Of a stretch of DNA of 64,000 bases, positions 1-11,250 are shown piece by piece (position 1 is the stretch's first letter; every line of letters begins with the position of its first letter). Source of the stretch: Okamejei kenojei. Its lineage: Eukaryota. The notes below the pieces were generated by a model. It was not told the DNA's origin. It ran no database searches and worked only from the letters and a program-made list of their open reading frames with translations. The position numbers were made by a program, and so were the translations under genes. Location: assembly GCA_035221665.1 (NCBI GenBank), contig CM069138.1, positions 22,506,001 through 22,570,000 on the forward strand. Reading direction: 5' to 3'.

Positions 1-213
1 CGCCCAACCCTCTCTCACAAAGGTCATCTGGTAGTTCTAGGTTTCTGCTCTTACTATTATACTTAAATTACTGTTACCTGTGATTTCATACCGCTGCTTT
101 GAAGATTGATGCGCATGCGGCTTGATGGGATCTTCTTCACGTAATCACCGACGTAACTCCTCAGAAAATAAAGATCAAACTTCAAACTGGTAAGTTCTCA
201 TTTAATCTTACTA
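1..213 (+). mobile_element. DIRS1-like retrotransposon, right terminus
   Basis: Aligns with the 3' ends at 52580-52778 and 57620-57836 (ctttgaagattga...ttcttcacgta...aaataaagatcaaacttcaaactggtaagttctcatttaatcttacta). Confidence 0.85.
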
Positions 214-564
214 TTAAAGGAAAGAAAGTAACTAGAGAGAGAATAGGTTTCCTCAGACATAAAGGTACTCGACCTCAGAATTTTATAAATGTTCCATTTG
301 ACTGCCCCTCAGCCTTGGATGCTCTAGAGAAAACAGTCCACATTTATGCAACCTCGCCAGAAACTAATGACCAGGTAGCATTCTGGTAAACCTCTTCTAC
401 AACTTCTCCAAAGCAGCCACATCATCCCTGTAATGTGGTGACTAGAAATGCACAAAGAACTCTGAATGTTGCCCGACCAAAGTTTCATGCATCTGCAACA
501 TGACTTGCCAGCTTTTACACTCAATGTCCTGGTCAATGCCAGCAAGTATATAGTAGACCTTCTT

Positions 565-1125
565 TACCAGGAGTCAAGAAACCAGAAATGAACTGAAACA
601 GTGAAATTGTTCCTTGCTGCAGCTTCCGACACATTCCAACACACAACTACAATAAGAAATAAACGCACTATCAATTATGTTACCCTAAATAAATGGGGCT
701 ATGGCAGTGCAAAAACCCACCAAATTACATGGAGCAATCATAATAGTCCATAGTGAGGTGCTGAAGTAGGGTTGTACAGGGTGGTTCAAGAACTTGATGG
801 TTGATGGGAAGAAGCTGTTCTTCAACTTGGAGGTAACAGCCTTCAGGCTCCTGTACCTGCTTCCTGATGGTGCAGGGAGATGAGAATATGGCCAAGGTGA
901 TGTGGGTCTGTTTAAAGGTTGTTTTCTTGGCACCATTTGGTCAGTTGATCGATCTCCCCCCAATACTCTGACTCATCATCATCCATAATTTGTTCAACTA
1001 CGGTGGTGTCGTCGGCGAATTTGAAGATGGAACCATTTCCGGCCACACAGTAATGGGTACAGCGTACGGGGCTGAGCACCCAGTCTTGAGGTGCTCCTGT
1101 GCTGGTGGTTATCAAGCTGGAAGTT
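565..1125 (-). mobile_element. Rex1/Babar-type LINE, degenerate 3' fragment
   Basis: ORF 912-1229 has STGAPQ..LSP and FKFADDTTVV (RT); ORF 685-963 has LKNSFFPSTIKFLN, typical of the Rex1 C-terminus. Confidence 0.75.
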
Positions 1126-1689
1126 TTGCTGTGAGGTGGAGGAAATGCATTACTGATTAGGGAGAAGTTCACAGTAGCACTTAGAGAGAACATACGAGAG
1201 GAATAATCTACTGTGGGTAGTTTATTCACAGCAGGTAGAGTTCACAATAAACAAAGGCACAATCTTGCTGACGGGATGATATAATGGGCCCTCCAAAAAC
1301 CAGCAGGAAATAGAAGAACAAATATATAAACTAATTACAGGAAACTATTAAACTATCAGGGTTGTCAAAATGAGTGATTTTTAACTTCCTCAATATTAAC
1401 TCAGACGTCTTTTGTGCTAGAGGCATAGTTAGGGCAGGGTTTGTTAGTTTCAATCCAAAAAGCTTTCTTGAACAGTGTGTGGGTAGTCAAATTGGAAAAG
1501 TGAACATACTGGAACGTACTGGTATTTGGTCCTAGCCACGCGACTGACATTTATCGCCATCCAATGTACCCAACCTTGACAACCATGTCCCTCCTCCTGA
1601 CTGGAATATGCCAGTTTTGAACTCTTGATCATTTGGTCTTTAACAGGCCCCCGCATGCCAGATGAACTTACCCAATAACAAGAGTCACA

Positions 1690-2320
1690 GTCAATAGAGT
1701 CCCGGGGAGCCACGCAGGACTGATCCACCCGCCGAACAACCACGCCGCCGACCGGAACGCACCCCGATAGGCCTGACTTGCCCAGAGACCTGACTTGCAC
1801 ATGCCTCCCAGAGGACTGCGGAGAACCTGGGCAGCAAGGCCTGTCTGGGCCAAATGAGCCCGGGGCGGCGTGAGCCTCGGCAGCAACGGGAGCCTTGGCG
1901 GTGGTGGGGATTCATGATCGTCCCGCAATCAGCGGTCGATGAGCATGCAGCGGGGAGAGGAAGACAATGGAGAACCTGGCGCGGGGGGACTGCCATGAAG
2001 AACAATTCGGTCCCAGCGTGGGGGGACCGCCTTGAGGGACGGTGGGAGATCAAATGGGGACCCTGTGTGGGTGAGGTTGGGGGGAATCTAGTTTTAGAAT
2101 CCTCTGCCCAGGAGATAACCCTGTGTTTGTTTGTTTGTTTGATTGTTTGTTTGTTCATTCCGGTTAAGGCGCTGTGCACATGGCAGCTAGTCAAGTCACT
2201 TGTCATTTTTTACACTTTAATTTTAATTTAATTTTAATGTCAAGTTTTCATGTAGTTGTTGTGTGTTGTGTTTGTTGGCAGACCAATTCCCCTCTGGGTA
2301 TGAATAAAGTTCTATCGTAT
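1690..2320 (+). mobile_element. GC-rich non-autonomous retroelement with LINE-like 3' tail
   Basis: GC-rich body, (tttg)n tract, ends aattcccctctgggtatgaataaagttctatcgtat; a similar tail occurs at 7670-7712. Confidence 0.5.
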
Positions 2321-2998
2321 AGTTTCATACAGTGTGGAAACAGGCCCTTCGGCCCAACTTGCCCACACCAAACAACTTGCCCAATCTACACTAGTTTCAT
2401 CTGCCTGCATTTAGCCCATATCCCTCTAAACCTGCCCTATCCATATAGTCATTGAATCATATGGGACCTTCTGGCATCCATGTGCATGTCTAATTGTTTA
2501 TTAAACATTCCTCCTAATTTACTCTTGCTAGTACCTAATTTGCTGTACTACAATTTAATATCTACCCCCAAGTTCCAGACCTGTCTTTATTCATAGCTAC
2601 CTTATGAGGTTATGAGGTTATGAATAAGAATAAGCCTGGACCTTGGGACAAGTTGGTGAGGAAGAGAACTATGGATGACGATGGAGGTCGAAAAGTTGGT
2701 CCAAAAGAAAGAGGAAGCCTATGTAAGCATAACCTGGATGTAAATGTAGATGGCTAGGTAAGTAATTTGCAGACAACACTAAAATTGGTGGAGTTGTGAA
2801 CAGTAAGGAATGTTGTCAAAATATACAGTGAAATACAGAAATAGATGGAGAAATGACATTTGCAGTTTAATCTGAGCAAGTGAATGGTGTTGTACTTTGG
2901 GAGGTCAAATTTAAGGAGAAAGTAAGACATAAGTGTTACACAAAAGGCTGGAGAAACTCAGCGGGTGCAGCAGCATCTAAGGAGCGAAGGAGATAGGC

Positions 2999-3026
2999 GA
3001 CGTTTCGGGTCGAGACCCTTCTTCAG
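2999..3026 (-). ncRNA. Minimal hammerhead ribozyme core in Penelope 3' repeat
   Basis: Minus strand CTGAAGA-AGGGTCTCGACCC-GAAACGTC = CUGANGA / stem II / GAAA / palindromic ACGU / GUC cleavage triplet. Stem I pairing is weak. Confidence 0.65.
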
Positions 3027-3256
3027 ACTGGTCAGGGGTCAGGGAAACGAGAGATATAGACGGTGATATGGAGAGATAAAGAACAATGAATGAAAGATAT
3101 GCAAAAAAGTATCGATGATAAAGGGAACAAGCCATTGTAAGCTGTTTGTGGTGTAAAAATGAGAAGCTAGTGCGACTAGGGAGGGAGATAGAGATAGAGG
3201 GAATGCCAGGGCCTGAGGGCTGAGGGAGAGGTGGGAAGGGGAGGAGACAGCAAGGG

Positions 3257-5446
3257 TTAACAGAATTGAGAAAATTCAATGTTCAAGCCCAAAGGATGCA
3301 GACTCCCCAAGCGGAATATGAGGTGCTGTTCCTTCAACTTGCGGTGTTGCTCACTCTGGCCGTGGAGGAGGCCCAGGACCGAGAGGTCGGATACGGAATG
3401 GGAGGGGGAGTTGAAGTGCTGAGCCACCGGGATGCCAGGTTGGTTTTTGCGGGCCGAGCGGAAGTGTTCGGCGAAACGATCGCCAAGCCTCCGCTTGGTC
3501 TCACCGATATAGATCATCGGGCATCTGGAGCAGCGGATGCAGTAGATGGGGTTGGAGGAGGTGCAGGTGAACCTCTGTCGGACCTGGAAGGACTGCTTGG
3601 GTCCCTGAAAGGAGTGGAGGGGGGAGGTGAAGGGACAAGTGTAGCATTTCTTGCGGTTGCAAGGGAAAGTGCCCGGGGAAGGGGTAGAGTGGGAGGGAAG
3701 GGAAGAATTGACAAGGGAGTTGCGGAGGGAGCGGTCTTTGCGGAAGGCAGTCAGGGGGGGAGATGGGAAGATGTGGCGAGTGGAGGGGTCACGTTGGAGG
3801 TGGCGAAACTGGCGGAGGACTATGTGTTGTATTTGCTGGCTGGTGGGGTGAAAGGTGAGGACCAGGGGGACTTTGCCCTGTTTGCGGGTGGGGGAATGGG
3901 GAGAGAGGGCAGTGTTGCGGGGTATGGAGGAGACCCTGGTGCGAGCCTCATCAATAGTAGGGGAGGGGAATCCCCGTTCTCTGAAGAATGAGGCCATTTG
4001 TGATGACCTGGTGTGGAACACCTCATCCTGGGAGCAGATGCGGCGTAGACGGAGGAATTGGGAATAGGGGATGGAGTCCTTACAGGAAGCAGGGTGGGAG
4101 GAAGAGTAGTCCAGGTAGCTGTGGGAGTCAGTTGGTTTGTAATGGATGTCGATCAGGAGTGTATCCCCTGCAATAGAGATGGTGAGGTCAAGGAATGGTA
4201 GGGAAGTGTCGGAAATGGTCCAAGTGTATTTGAGTGCCGGATGGAAGTTGGTGGTGAAATGAATGAAGTCAGTCAGTTGTGTGGGGGTGCAGGAGGTGAC
4301 ACCAAAGCAGTCGTCGATGTAACGGAGGTAGAGGTCGGGGATGGGGCCCTGGTACGCCGAGAACAAGGATTGTTCGACGTACCCAACAAAGAGGCAAGCG
4401 TAGCTGGGGCCCATGTCTTTGCCCATAGCTACGCCTTGTGTTTGGAGGAAATGGGAGGAATCAAAAGAGAAGTTATTGAGGGTAAGGACCAACTCCGCTA
4501 GGCGGAGGAGGGTGTCAGTGGACGGGTATGGGTTGCTCCTCTGGTCGAGGAAGAACCGGAGGGCTTTGAGACCGTCCTGGTGGGGGATGGAGGTGTAGAG
4601 TGACTGGACGTCCATGGTAAAGATGAGAGGATGGGGGCCTGGAGAATGGAATGCACGGAGCCGACGGAGAGTGTCTGAGGTGTCTTGAACATAGGTGGGG
4701 AGGGATTTAACAAAGGGGGATAGGATGGCGTCAAGGTATGTAGAAATGTGTTCGGTGGGGCACGAACAGGCAGAGACAATGGGTCTGCCAGGGCAGTTGG
4801 GTTTGTGGATTTTGGGGAGAAGGTAAAATCGGGCCGTGCGGGGCTGGGAAACGATGAGGTCGGAGGCTCGGCGGGGTAGGGAGCCGGAGCTGGCTATGGT
4901 GAAGTCGGTTATGGTGCTCGAGATGGTGGCCTGGTGTTTGTCAGTGGGGTCATGGTCTAGGGGTAAGTAGGAGGAGGTGTTCGAGAGTTGGCGCGCGGCC
5001 TCCGCTTTGTAGAGATCGATGCGCCAGACTACCACGGCACCTCCATTGTCGGCAGGTTTGATAACCCAGTCTGGGTTATTATGGAGTGAGTCGATGGCAG
5101 TACGTTCGGGGCTGGAGAGATTGGAGTGAGACAGGGGGGTGGAGAAGTCGAGGCGGTTGATGTCCCGACGGCAGTTCTGGATAAATAGTTCTAGAGCCGG
5201 AAGGCTACGAGGGGGGGTCCAAGTGGAGGGGGTACGTGAGAGACAGGAAAAGGGATCATCAGTGGGGGGCGAGGACTTCTTCCCGTGGAAGAACGCTGTG
5301 AGGCGGAGGCGACGGCAGAAGAGCTCCAAGTCGTGGTGGGCGCGGAACTCATTGAGGTGGGGACGGAGGGGGACAAAGGTACGACCTCTGCTGAGGACAG
5401 ACCGTTCGGTTTCGGAGAGGGGGAGGTCCGAGGGGATGGTGAACAC
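3257..5446 (-). CDS. Penelope-like reverse transcriptase + GIY-YIG endonuclease
   Basis: Motifs IKPAD, YLLPKIHK, GRPIVS, MDVQSLYT, QTQGVAMG, YLRYIDD, LPFLD, then IYCIRC..IYIGET..RF.EH (GIY-YIG). Frame is open to 5587 but has no ATG start. Confidence 0.9.
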   Translation of the reverse strand: MFTIPSDLPLSETERSVLSRGRTFVPLRPHLNEFRAHHDLELFCRRLRLTAFFHGKKSSPPTDDPFSCLSRTPSTWTPPRSLPALELFIQNCRRDINRLDFSTPLSHSNLSSPERTAIDSLHNNPDWVIKPADNGGAVVVWRIDLYKAEAARQLSNTSSYLPLDHDPTDKHQATISSTITDFTIASSGSLPRRASDLIVSQPRTARFYLLPKIHKPNCPGRPIVSACSCPTEHISTYLDAILSPFVKSLPTYVQDTSDTLRRLRAFHSPGPHPLIFTMDVQSLYTSIPHQDGLKALRFFLDQRSNPYPSTDTLLRLAELVLTLNNFSFDSSHFLQTQGVAMGKDMGPSYACLFVGYVEQSLFSAYQGPIPDLYLRYIDDCFGVTSCTPTQLTDFIHFTTNFHPALKYTWTISDTSLPFLDLTISIAGDTLLIDIHYKPTDSHSYLDYSSSHPASCKDSIPYSQFLRLRRICSQDEVFHTRSSQMASFFRERGFPSPTIDEARTRVSSIPRNTALSPHSPTRKQGKVPLVLTFHPTSQQIQHIVLRQFRHLQRDPSTRHIFPSPPLTAFRKDRSLRNSLVNSSLPSHSTPSPGTFPCNRKKCYTCPFTSPLHSFQGPKQSFQVRQRFTCTSSNPIYCIRCSRCPMIYIGETKRRLGDRFAEHFRSARKNQPGIPVAQHFNSPSHSVSDLSVLGLLHGQSEQHRKLKEQHLIFRLGSLHPLGLNIEFSQFC

Positions 5447-5849
5447 GCGGCAAGGATGGGGGTTTGTGGCCGGAGGAAGGCAGGTGAGTGAACTGAGGAT
5501 GGAGCGTTGTGTGGTGGGGGGGGGGTGGAGGGTGGTCAGGGGGTGGGGGGGTATGGGGGCTGTGGTGTGGGTGGGGAAGAGCAGGGGTTACATGGTGGGG
5601 GGGGATGGGGAAGACCCAGTGGAATAGCCACTAAGGTTACTGGGGCTGGGGAGACGGGCACTAGGACCCAGTGCCGTTAAAGACAGAGTGGCAGGAGGAG
5701 TTAGCAACGTGGAGGCTTCAGGCCCCCTTCAGACATAAGTGTTGTAAGGATTGGTGTTCATAAGCTCAGATGTAGATACTGGTTTACCAAAAAAGACACA
5801 AAGTGCTGGAGTAACTCAACTGGTCAGGCAGCATTTCTGGAGAACACGG

Positions 5850-6150
5850 ATAGGTAACGTTTTGGGACAAAGCACAAAGTGCTGAAAGGAATTTCTGGAG
5901 GTTGTTGATGTGTCCCAGTCCATCACACGAACCAACATCCCCATCAATGACTCCATCGACACTTCACATTGCCTCGAGAAAGTAGCCAACAAAATCAAGG
6001 ACCTTTTCCACCCTTGTTATTTATTGCAGAGAATATTAAGCAGGTACCACCAGATTCAGAAACAGCTTCTACTAAGCTGCTATCAAACTACTGAATGGTC
6101 CTTCGATCAGCTTGGATATAGTCCAGATGTTTCAACTAACCTCATTGTAG
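5850..6150 (+). mobile_element. Rex1/Babar LINE 3' fragment
   Basis: SITRTNIP.NDSIDTSHCLEKVANKIKD..HP resembles the Rex1 ORF2 C-terminus. Confidence 0.55.
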
Positions 6151-7529
6151 ACCTTTTACTATTGTAATGCTCTAATGCATTTTATATTCTGCACTTCAGT
6201 ATGTATTTGTTGTCTTTCCTCACTGATTGTGGTCTATGGGTCAGGAAGTCAACGATCCAATTGTAGAGTTGGGTACTGACTCATCAGTTCAGGAGTTTGG
6301 AGAGCACATTGACTGGTTGCATCACGGCCTGGTAGTGGAACTCAAACATCCAGGCAGAGCCCGATTTACCATAGGCTGAAGCCTAGGGCCTCAACATCTA
6401 GGGGCCCTCCAGCCAAGGCAGGACACCTGCCGTTCAACACTGAGTGGGCCCCCCTCTCTATCTCTCTCTCTCTCTCTGTCACTCTCCGTCTACGCCCATC
6501 ATCCGTGTCCGGGACGCTGGGTCACCGCTCTCCGCTCGCTCCTCATCCGCCGGCATGGCAGGCCGTCTTGCACATGCGCACTGCTACGGCAGCACATCCT
6601 CCCCCTGCACATGCTCACAACAACGGACATCAAATCATTGGCCGCCCTGCACATGTGCACTGCCACGGCAACTGGTCGGCGCTGGGCACTTTCTCCCTCG
6701 CTTTGAATTGTGGGAGATCTGGCCGCCATTGATGTCCAGTCACCGCCTCGCCGCGACCGCTGAAAACCAACGCAGATTCACTCCCTGGAGCTGGAGTAAC
6801 TCCCTGGAGTAATTCTTGCTTCTGGTTTCCTGGTCCTCCAAAAATATTTTACATGGAATTTAAACTGGAGGTGGTGGTGGGTCCATCACCAAACTCCAAA
6901 CTCTGAACAATAACAGCCTATTGCATTTTATCTGTTTATTTATTGTGTTTAAATATGGTCTAATGATATATAAACACACTGAACTTTTATCTCCTGTTCT
7001 GTATTATGTTTACATATTCTGTTGTGCTGCAGCAGACAAGAATTTCATTGTCCTATCTGGGACACATGACAATAAAACTCTCTTGACTCTTGACTTGGAC
7101 AAGCAAAAAAGGCATCTTGGGGAAAAAAGAGCTACCTTAAATTTAGATGCGTCTGGTTGGATAACTATGGTAGGTTGAAAACTATTCCATGCTTTAATTG
7201 TGCGGGGGAACTCCATGGAGCACCCAGCAACTCTGGATAGAAGAAATTGTGTGACGTTTCGGGTAGAGACCCTTCTTTAGACTCCCTCTGGTTTTAGTGT
7301 TTTTAGTTTAGTTTAAAGATACAGCGGCCCACCGAGTCCACGCCGACCACCGGTATACTCGTTCTATCCCACACATTAGTGACGTAAGTCAAGAGTCAAT
7401 AGTGTTTTATTCTCTCACGTACCAGTTAGAACAATGAAATCCTTACTTGCAGCAACACAACAGAATTTGTAAACACAGTACTCTGTAAACAATGTTATTA
7501 ACGAGAAAACAAAACGGTGTATATTTATA

Positions 7530-7669
7530 NNNNNNNNNNNNNNNNNNNNNNNNNNNNNNNNNNNNNNNNNNNNNNNNNNNNNNNNNNNNNNNNNNNNNNN
7601 NNNNNNNNNNNNNNNNNNNNNNNNNNNNNNNNNNNNNNNNNNNNNNNNNNNNNNNNNNNNNNNNNNNNN
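7530..7669. other. Assembly gap
   Basis: Run of N. Confidence 1.
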
Positions 7670-8154
7670 AATTTTGCTCCTGGGATTAATAAAGTTCTAT
7701 CGTATAGTATCGTGTGTGTAGGAAGGAACTGCAGATGCAGGTTTAAACTAAAGATAGACACAAAAAGCTGGTGTAACTCAACAAGTCAGAATCTCTGGAC
7801 AAAATAAAAATATTACATTTTGGGTTGAGTCTGAAATAGGTTCCTGCACACGGAATGTGGAAGGAAACAAGAGCACCCGGAAAAAAACCCATGCGATCAA
7901 AGGGAAAAGGAGCAAACTCCATACCCATATTCAGCACCCATATTCAGGATCATTTCCGGATTTCTGGCACTTTTAAGCAGCAACTTAATGGCCAATGTAC
8001 TGCCCCATAGACTTGAACTGAATTAAAACATACAGTAGCTGTTAAGGGGGACATGGCGTCACTTGGAGATTTTAAGACTGAAAATTGATATTTTCATTTA
8101 TTTAGTCACCAAAGTTATCAACATATAATTTTTTGTGTGTTGGAAAACAAAATA

Positions 8155-8380
8155 TAGTGGCACAGCTGGTAGACTTGCTGCCTCACATGCCAGAGATCTG
8201 TGTTCGATCCTGTCCTCGGGCACTGTCTGTGTTGAATTTGCACATTCTCCCTGCGAGCGTGTGGGTTTCCACTCGCATACTAAAGACGCATTGGCTTTGT
8301 AGGTTAACTTGTCTCTGTAAAATTGCCCCTAATGTGTAGGGAGTGGGTGAGGAAAGTGGGATAACAGAACTTGTGTGAAT
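8155..8380 (+). mobile_element. tRNA-derived SINE (V-SINE-like)
   Basis: A box tggcacagctgg, B box gttcgatcc, V-SINE-like core ttctccc..gcgtgggttt. Confidence 0.7.
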
Positions 8381-9095
8381 GGGTAGACAAAAATGCTGGA
8401 GAAACTCAGCGGGTGAGGCTGCATCCATGGAGCGAAGGAAATAGGCGACGTTTCGGATCGAGACCCTTCTTCAGACTGATGTGAGGGTGGGGGGGGGGTG
8501 GGAAGAAGAAAGGAAGAGGCGGAGACAGTGGGCTGAGGGAGAGCTGGGAAGGAGATGAGTAAGCAGGGACTACCTGAAATTGAAGAAGTCAATGTTCATA
8601 CCCCTAGGGTGTAAACCGTCCAAGTGAAATATGAGATGCTGCTCCTCCAATTTACGGTGGGCCTCACTCTGGCCATGGAAGCGGCCCAGGACAGAAAGGT
8701 CGTATTTGGAATGGGAGGGGGAGTTGAAATGCTGAGCCACCGCGAGATTAGGTTGGTGATTGCGAACCGAGATGAGGTGTTGGGTCAAACGATCGTCAAG
8801 CCTACTCTTGGTCTCAACGATATAGAGCAGCTGACACCTAGAGCAGCGGATGCAAAAGATGAGGTTGGAGGAGGTGCAGATGAACCTCTGCCGCACCTGG
8901 AAAGACTGGTTGGGTCCTTGAATGGCGTCAAGGGGGGAGGTAAAGCGACATTTCCTGCGGTTGCAAGGGAAAGTGCCAGGAGAGAGGGAGGTTTGGGTGG
9001 GAAGGGACGAATTGAGCAGGGAGTTACGGAGGGAGCGGTCTCTGCGGAAAGCCAACAGGGGAGGAGATGGAAGATGTGGCCAGTGGGATCCCATT
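8381..9095 (-). mobile_element. Penelope-like 3' fragment (GIY-YIG + 3' repeat)
   Basis: ORF 8570-9292 is homologous to the C-terminus of the 3257-5446 ORF; hammerhead core at about 8447-8474. Confidence 0.85.
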
Positions 9096-9552
9096 GGTAG
9101 ACAAAAAAGCTGGAGAAAATCAGCTGTAAAGGCAGCATCTATGGAGCGAAGGAATAGGCAACGTTTAGAGTTGAGACCCTTCTTCAGATTGATGTCGGGG
9201 GGGGGGGGGGGGGACACGAAAAAGAAAGGAAGAGGCAGAGACAGTAGGCTGTGGGAGAGCTGGGAATGGGAGGGGAAGGAGGGGGAAAGCAAGGACTACC
9301 TGAAATTATAGAAGCCAATGTTCATACCGCTGGGGTGTAAACTAACCAAGCAAATATGAGATGCTGCTCCTCCAATATGCGGTGGGCATCACTCTGGCCA
9401 TGGAGGAGGCTCAGGGCAGAAAGGTCGAATTTGGAATGGGAGGGGGAGTTGAAGTGTTGAGCCACCTGGAGATCAGGTTGGTTATTGCGAACTGAGTGGA
9501 GGTGTTGTGCGAAGCGATCGCCAAGCCTGTGCTTTGTCTCACCGAGGTTGAT
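9096..9552 (-). mobile_element. Penelope-like 3' fragment, tandem to the previous copy
   Basis: GETKHRLGDRFAQHL..VAQHFNS..LEEQHLIF, followed by the same 3' repeat. Confidence 0.8.
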
Positions 9553-9879
9553 CATACGCTGAATAATCCAACCACATTTTTGTTTGGAAGTGGAAAGAAA
9601 TAATAGAAACTAGACTAAGTGGGACCCGTTGAGTGCCAGCATCACACGGGAGGGCTGGTACCCCTACACAATATTCCACCTCTCCACCAATTGACCTTTC
9701 TGGAGCGCTAGTATAGGTGTGGTGTGCGGAAGGGACTGGTTTCCAGAGGACATGTATGGACATTGTGGGCCAAATGGATTCTTGGGCTGGTGGCTCAGTC
9801 ACTCAAGCCTATTGTGCTGGCAGCTCACGCACTCACGGCTGGTGGGCTCGCAGTTGACACATGGCTATTCCTTGAAATT

Positions 9880-10045
9880 CCATTTCAAGCAGGGTGCAAG
9901 GCCACCAAATTCAAGTGCAGTTTCATACCACATCAAGCAGGGTGCAAGGCCACCAAATTCAAATACAGTTTCATACTTCAAGCAGGGTGCAACGCCACCA
10001 AATTCAAGTGCAGGTTCATACCATTTCAAGCAGGGTGCAAGGCCG
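9880..10045. repeat. ~48-bp minisatellite inside Helitron
   Basis: About 4 copies of tcaagcagggtgcaaggccaccaaattcaagtgcagtttcatac. Confidence 0.9.
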
Positions 10046-10969
10046 CTAAAGACAGCGAGTCGTGATCTCTCCCTCCCCCACCTTGCAGAGACTGAGCCAC
10101 GCCCACACTTCCAGATTTTGTAGTCCCTCCCCCTCCCACCAGAAGGGGCATGGCCTTCATGGCGTGATTGACAGGAGAGAGAATCTCAACATTTTTTAAA
10201 CTAATAACTCTTTTATTTTTCATTGATGGGAAAAATCCTCTGCACCTGCTGAGTGGAGGGGGACTGAGTAAGATGGCCAAAAATCACAGCCATAAGTGGT
10301 AGCATTTTATCTAAAATCGATATACAGTGCAAAGATGAAGTTGTCAAGTGCACCCAAGCCACAATTTGCAGTAGTGCCTTTTCACTTCAAGCCAAAGCAC
10401 CCCAGCCACCATTTGCAGTTGTGCCTCTTCACTTCAAGCCAAAACCCCCAAGCCACAATTTGCAGTAGTGTCTTTTCACTTCAAGCCAAAGCACCCAAGC
10501 CACCATTTGTAGTTGTGCCTCTTCACTTCAATCCAATCCCCCCCCCCCCCAAACAAACATTTGCAGGCAGTGCCTTTTTACTTCAAACCAACCATATTTT
10601 CATTTTCAAACCACATTAAGGGTACTCACAGTTGAGTAGACATGTGTCCAGTGCTATTCAGAGCAGAGAGACGTGACCATCTGGTTCCTCCATCTTGCAG
10701 AGATTGAGTGAGGCACACCACTTCCTGGTTTTATAGTCCCTCTCCCTCCCAGCAGCAGGGGCAGCAGAGAGAATGGGTAATTTCTTAAAAACATTAATAT
10801 ATCTCTGATTTTTCATCAATTGGAAAGGTCCTATGGACCAGGAAGGCAGAGGGAGGCTCTGTGTGAGCTGGCCAAAAATGACGGCCATAGGTGGCGGCGT
10901 TCTCTCCGAAATCACAGCACAGCGAGCCAAAACCGGTCAAGATCAGACTTTTAGTAATATAGATATAGA

Positions 10970-11250
10970 AAGCAAGGCAGCTTTAATTAGGCAAGGCTGC
11001 TTTAATTAGGCAAGGCAGATTTAATTAGGCAAAGCAACTTTAATTAGGCAAGGCAGCTTTTATTAGGCAAGGCAGCTTTTATTAGGCAAGGCAGCTTTAA
11101 AACCAAAGGCAAGACAGCTTTAGCACTTTCAAACCAAAAACAAGGCAGCTTTCACACTTTCAAACCAAAGGCAAGGCAGCTGTAGAACTTTCAAACCAAA
11201 GGCAATGCAGCTTTAGCACTTTCAAACCAAAGGCAACACAGCTTTAGCAC
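10970..11250. repeat. 20-bp and ~30-bp minisatellites inside Helitron
   Basis: (gcaaggcagctttaattagg)n followed by (aaaccaaaggcaaggcagctttagcactttc)n. Confidence 0.9.

Larger units (their letters stand above)
2938..5730 (-). mobile_element. Penelope-like retroelement, 5'-truncated, near-intact
   Basis: Contains a 729-aa RT+GIY-YIG ORF; exact 13-bp TSD agacataagtgtt at 2925-2937 and 5731-5743. Confidence 0.95.

Noticed and set aside
2520-2605. Diverged motif shared with about 25560-25670 and 37960-38060, initially suggesting duplicated host exons
   Set aside because: The minus strand translates to a CR1 APE-RT linker (VMNKDKSGP.GKVLNWG.AN); these are old LINE fragments.
3266-3991. 241-aa + strand ORF (and similar 8624-9100)
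   Set aside because: Antisense shadow of the Penelope ORF.
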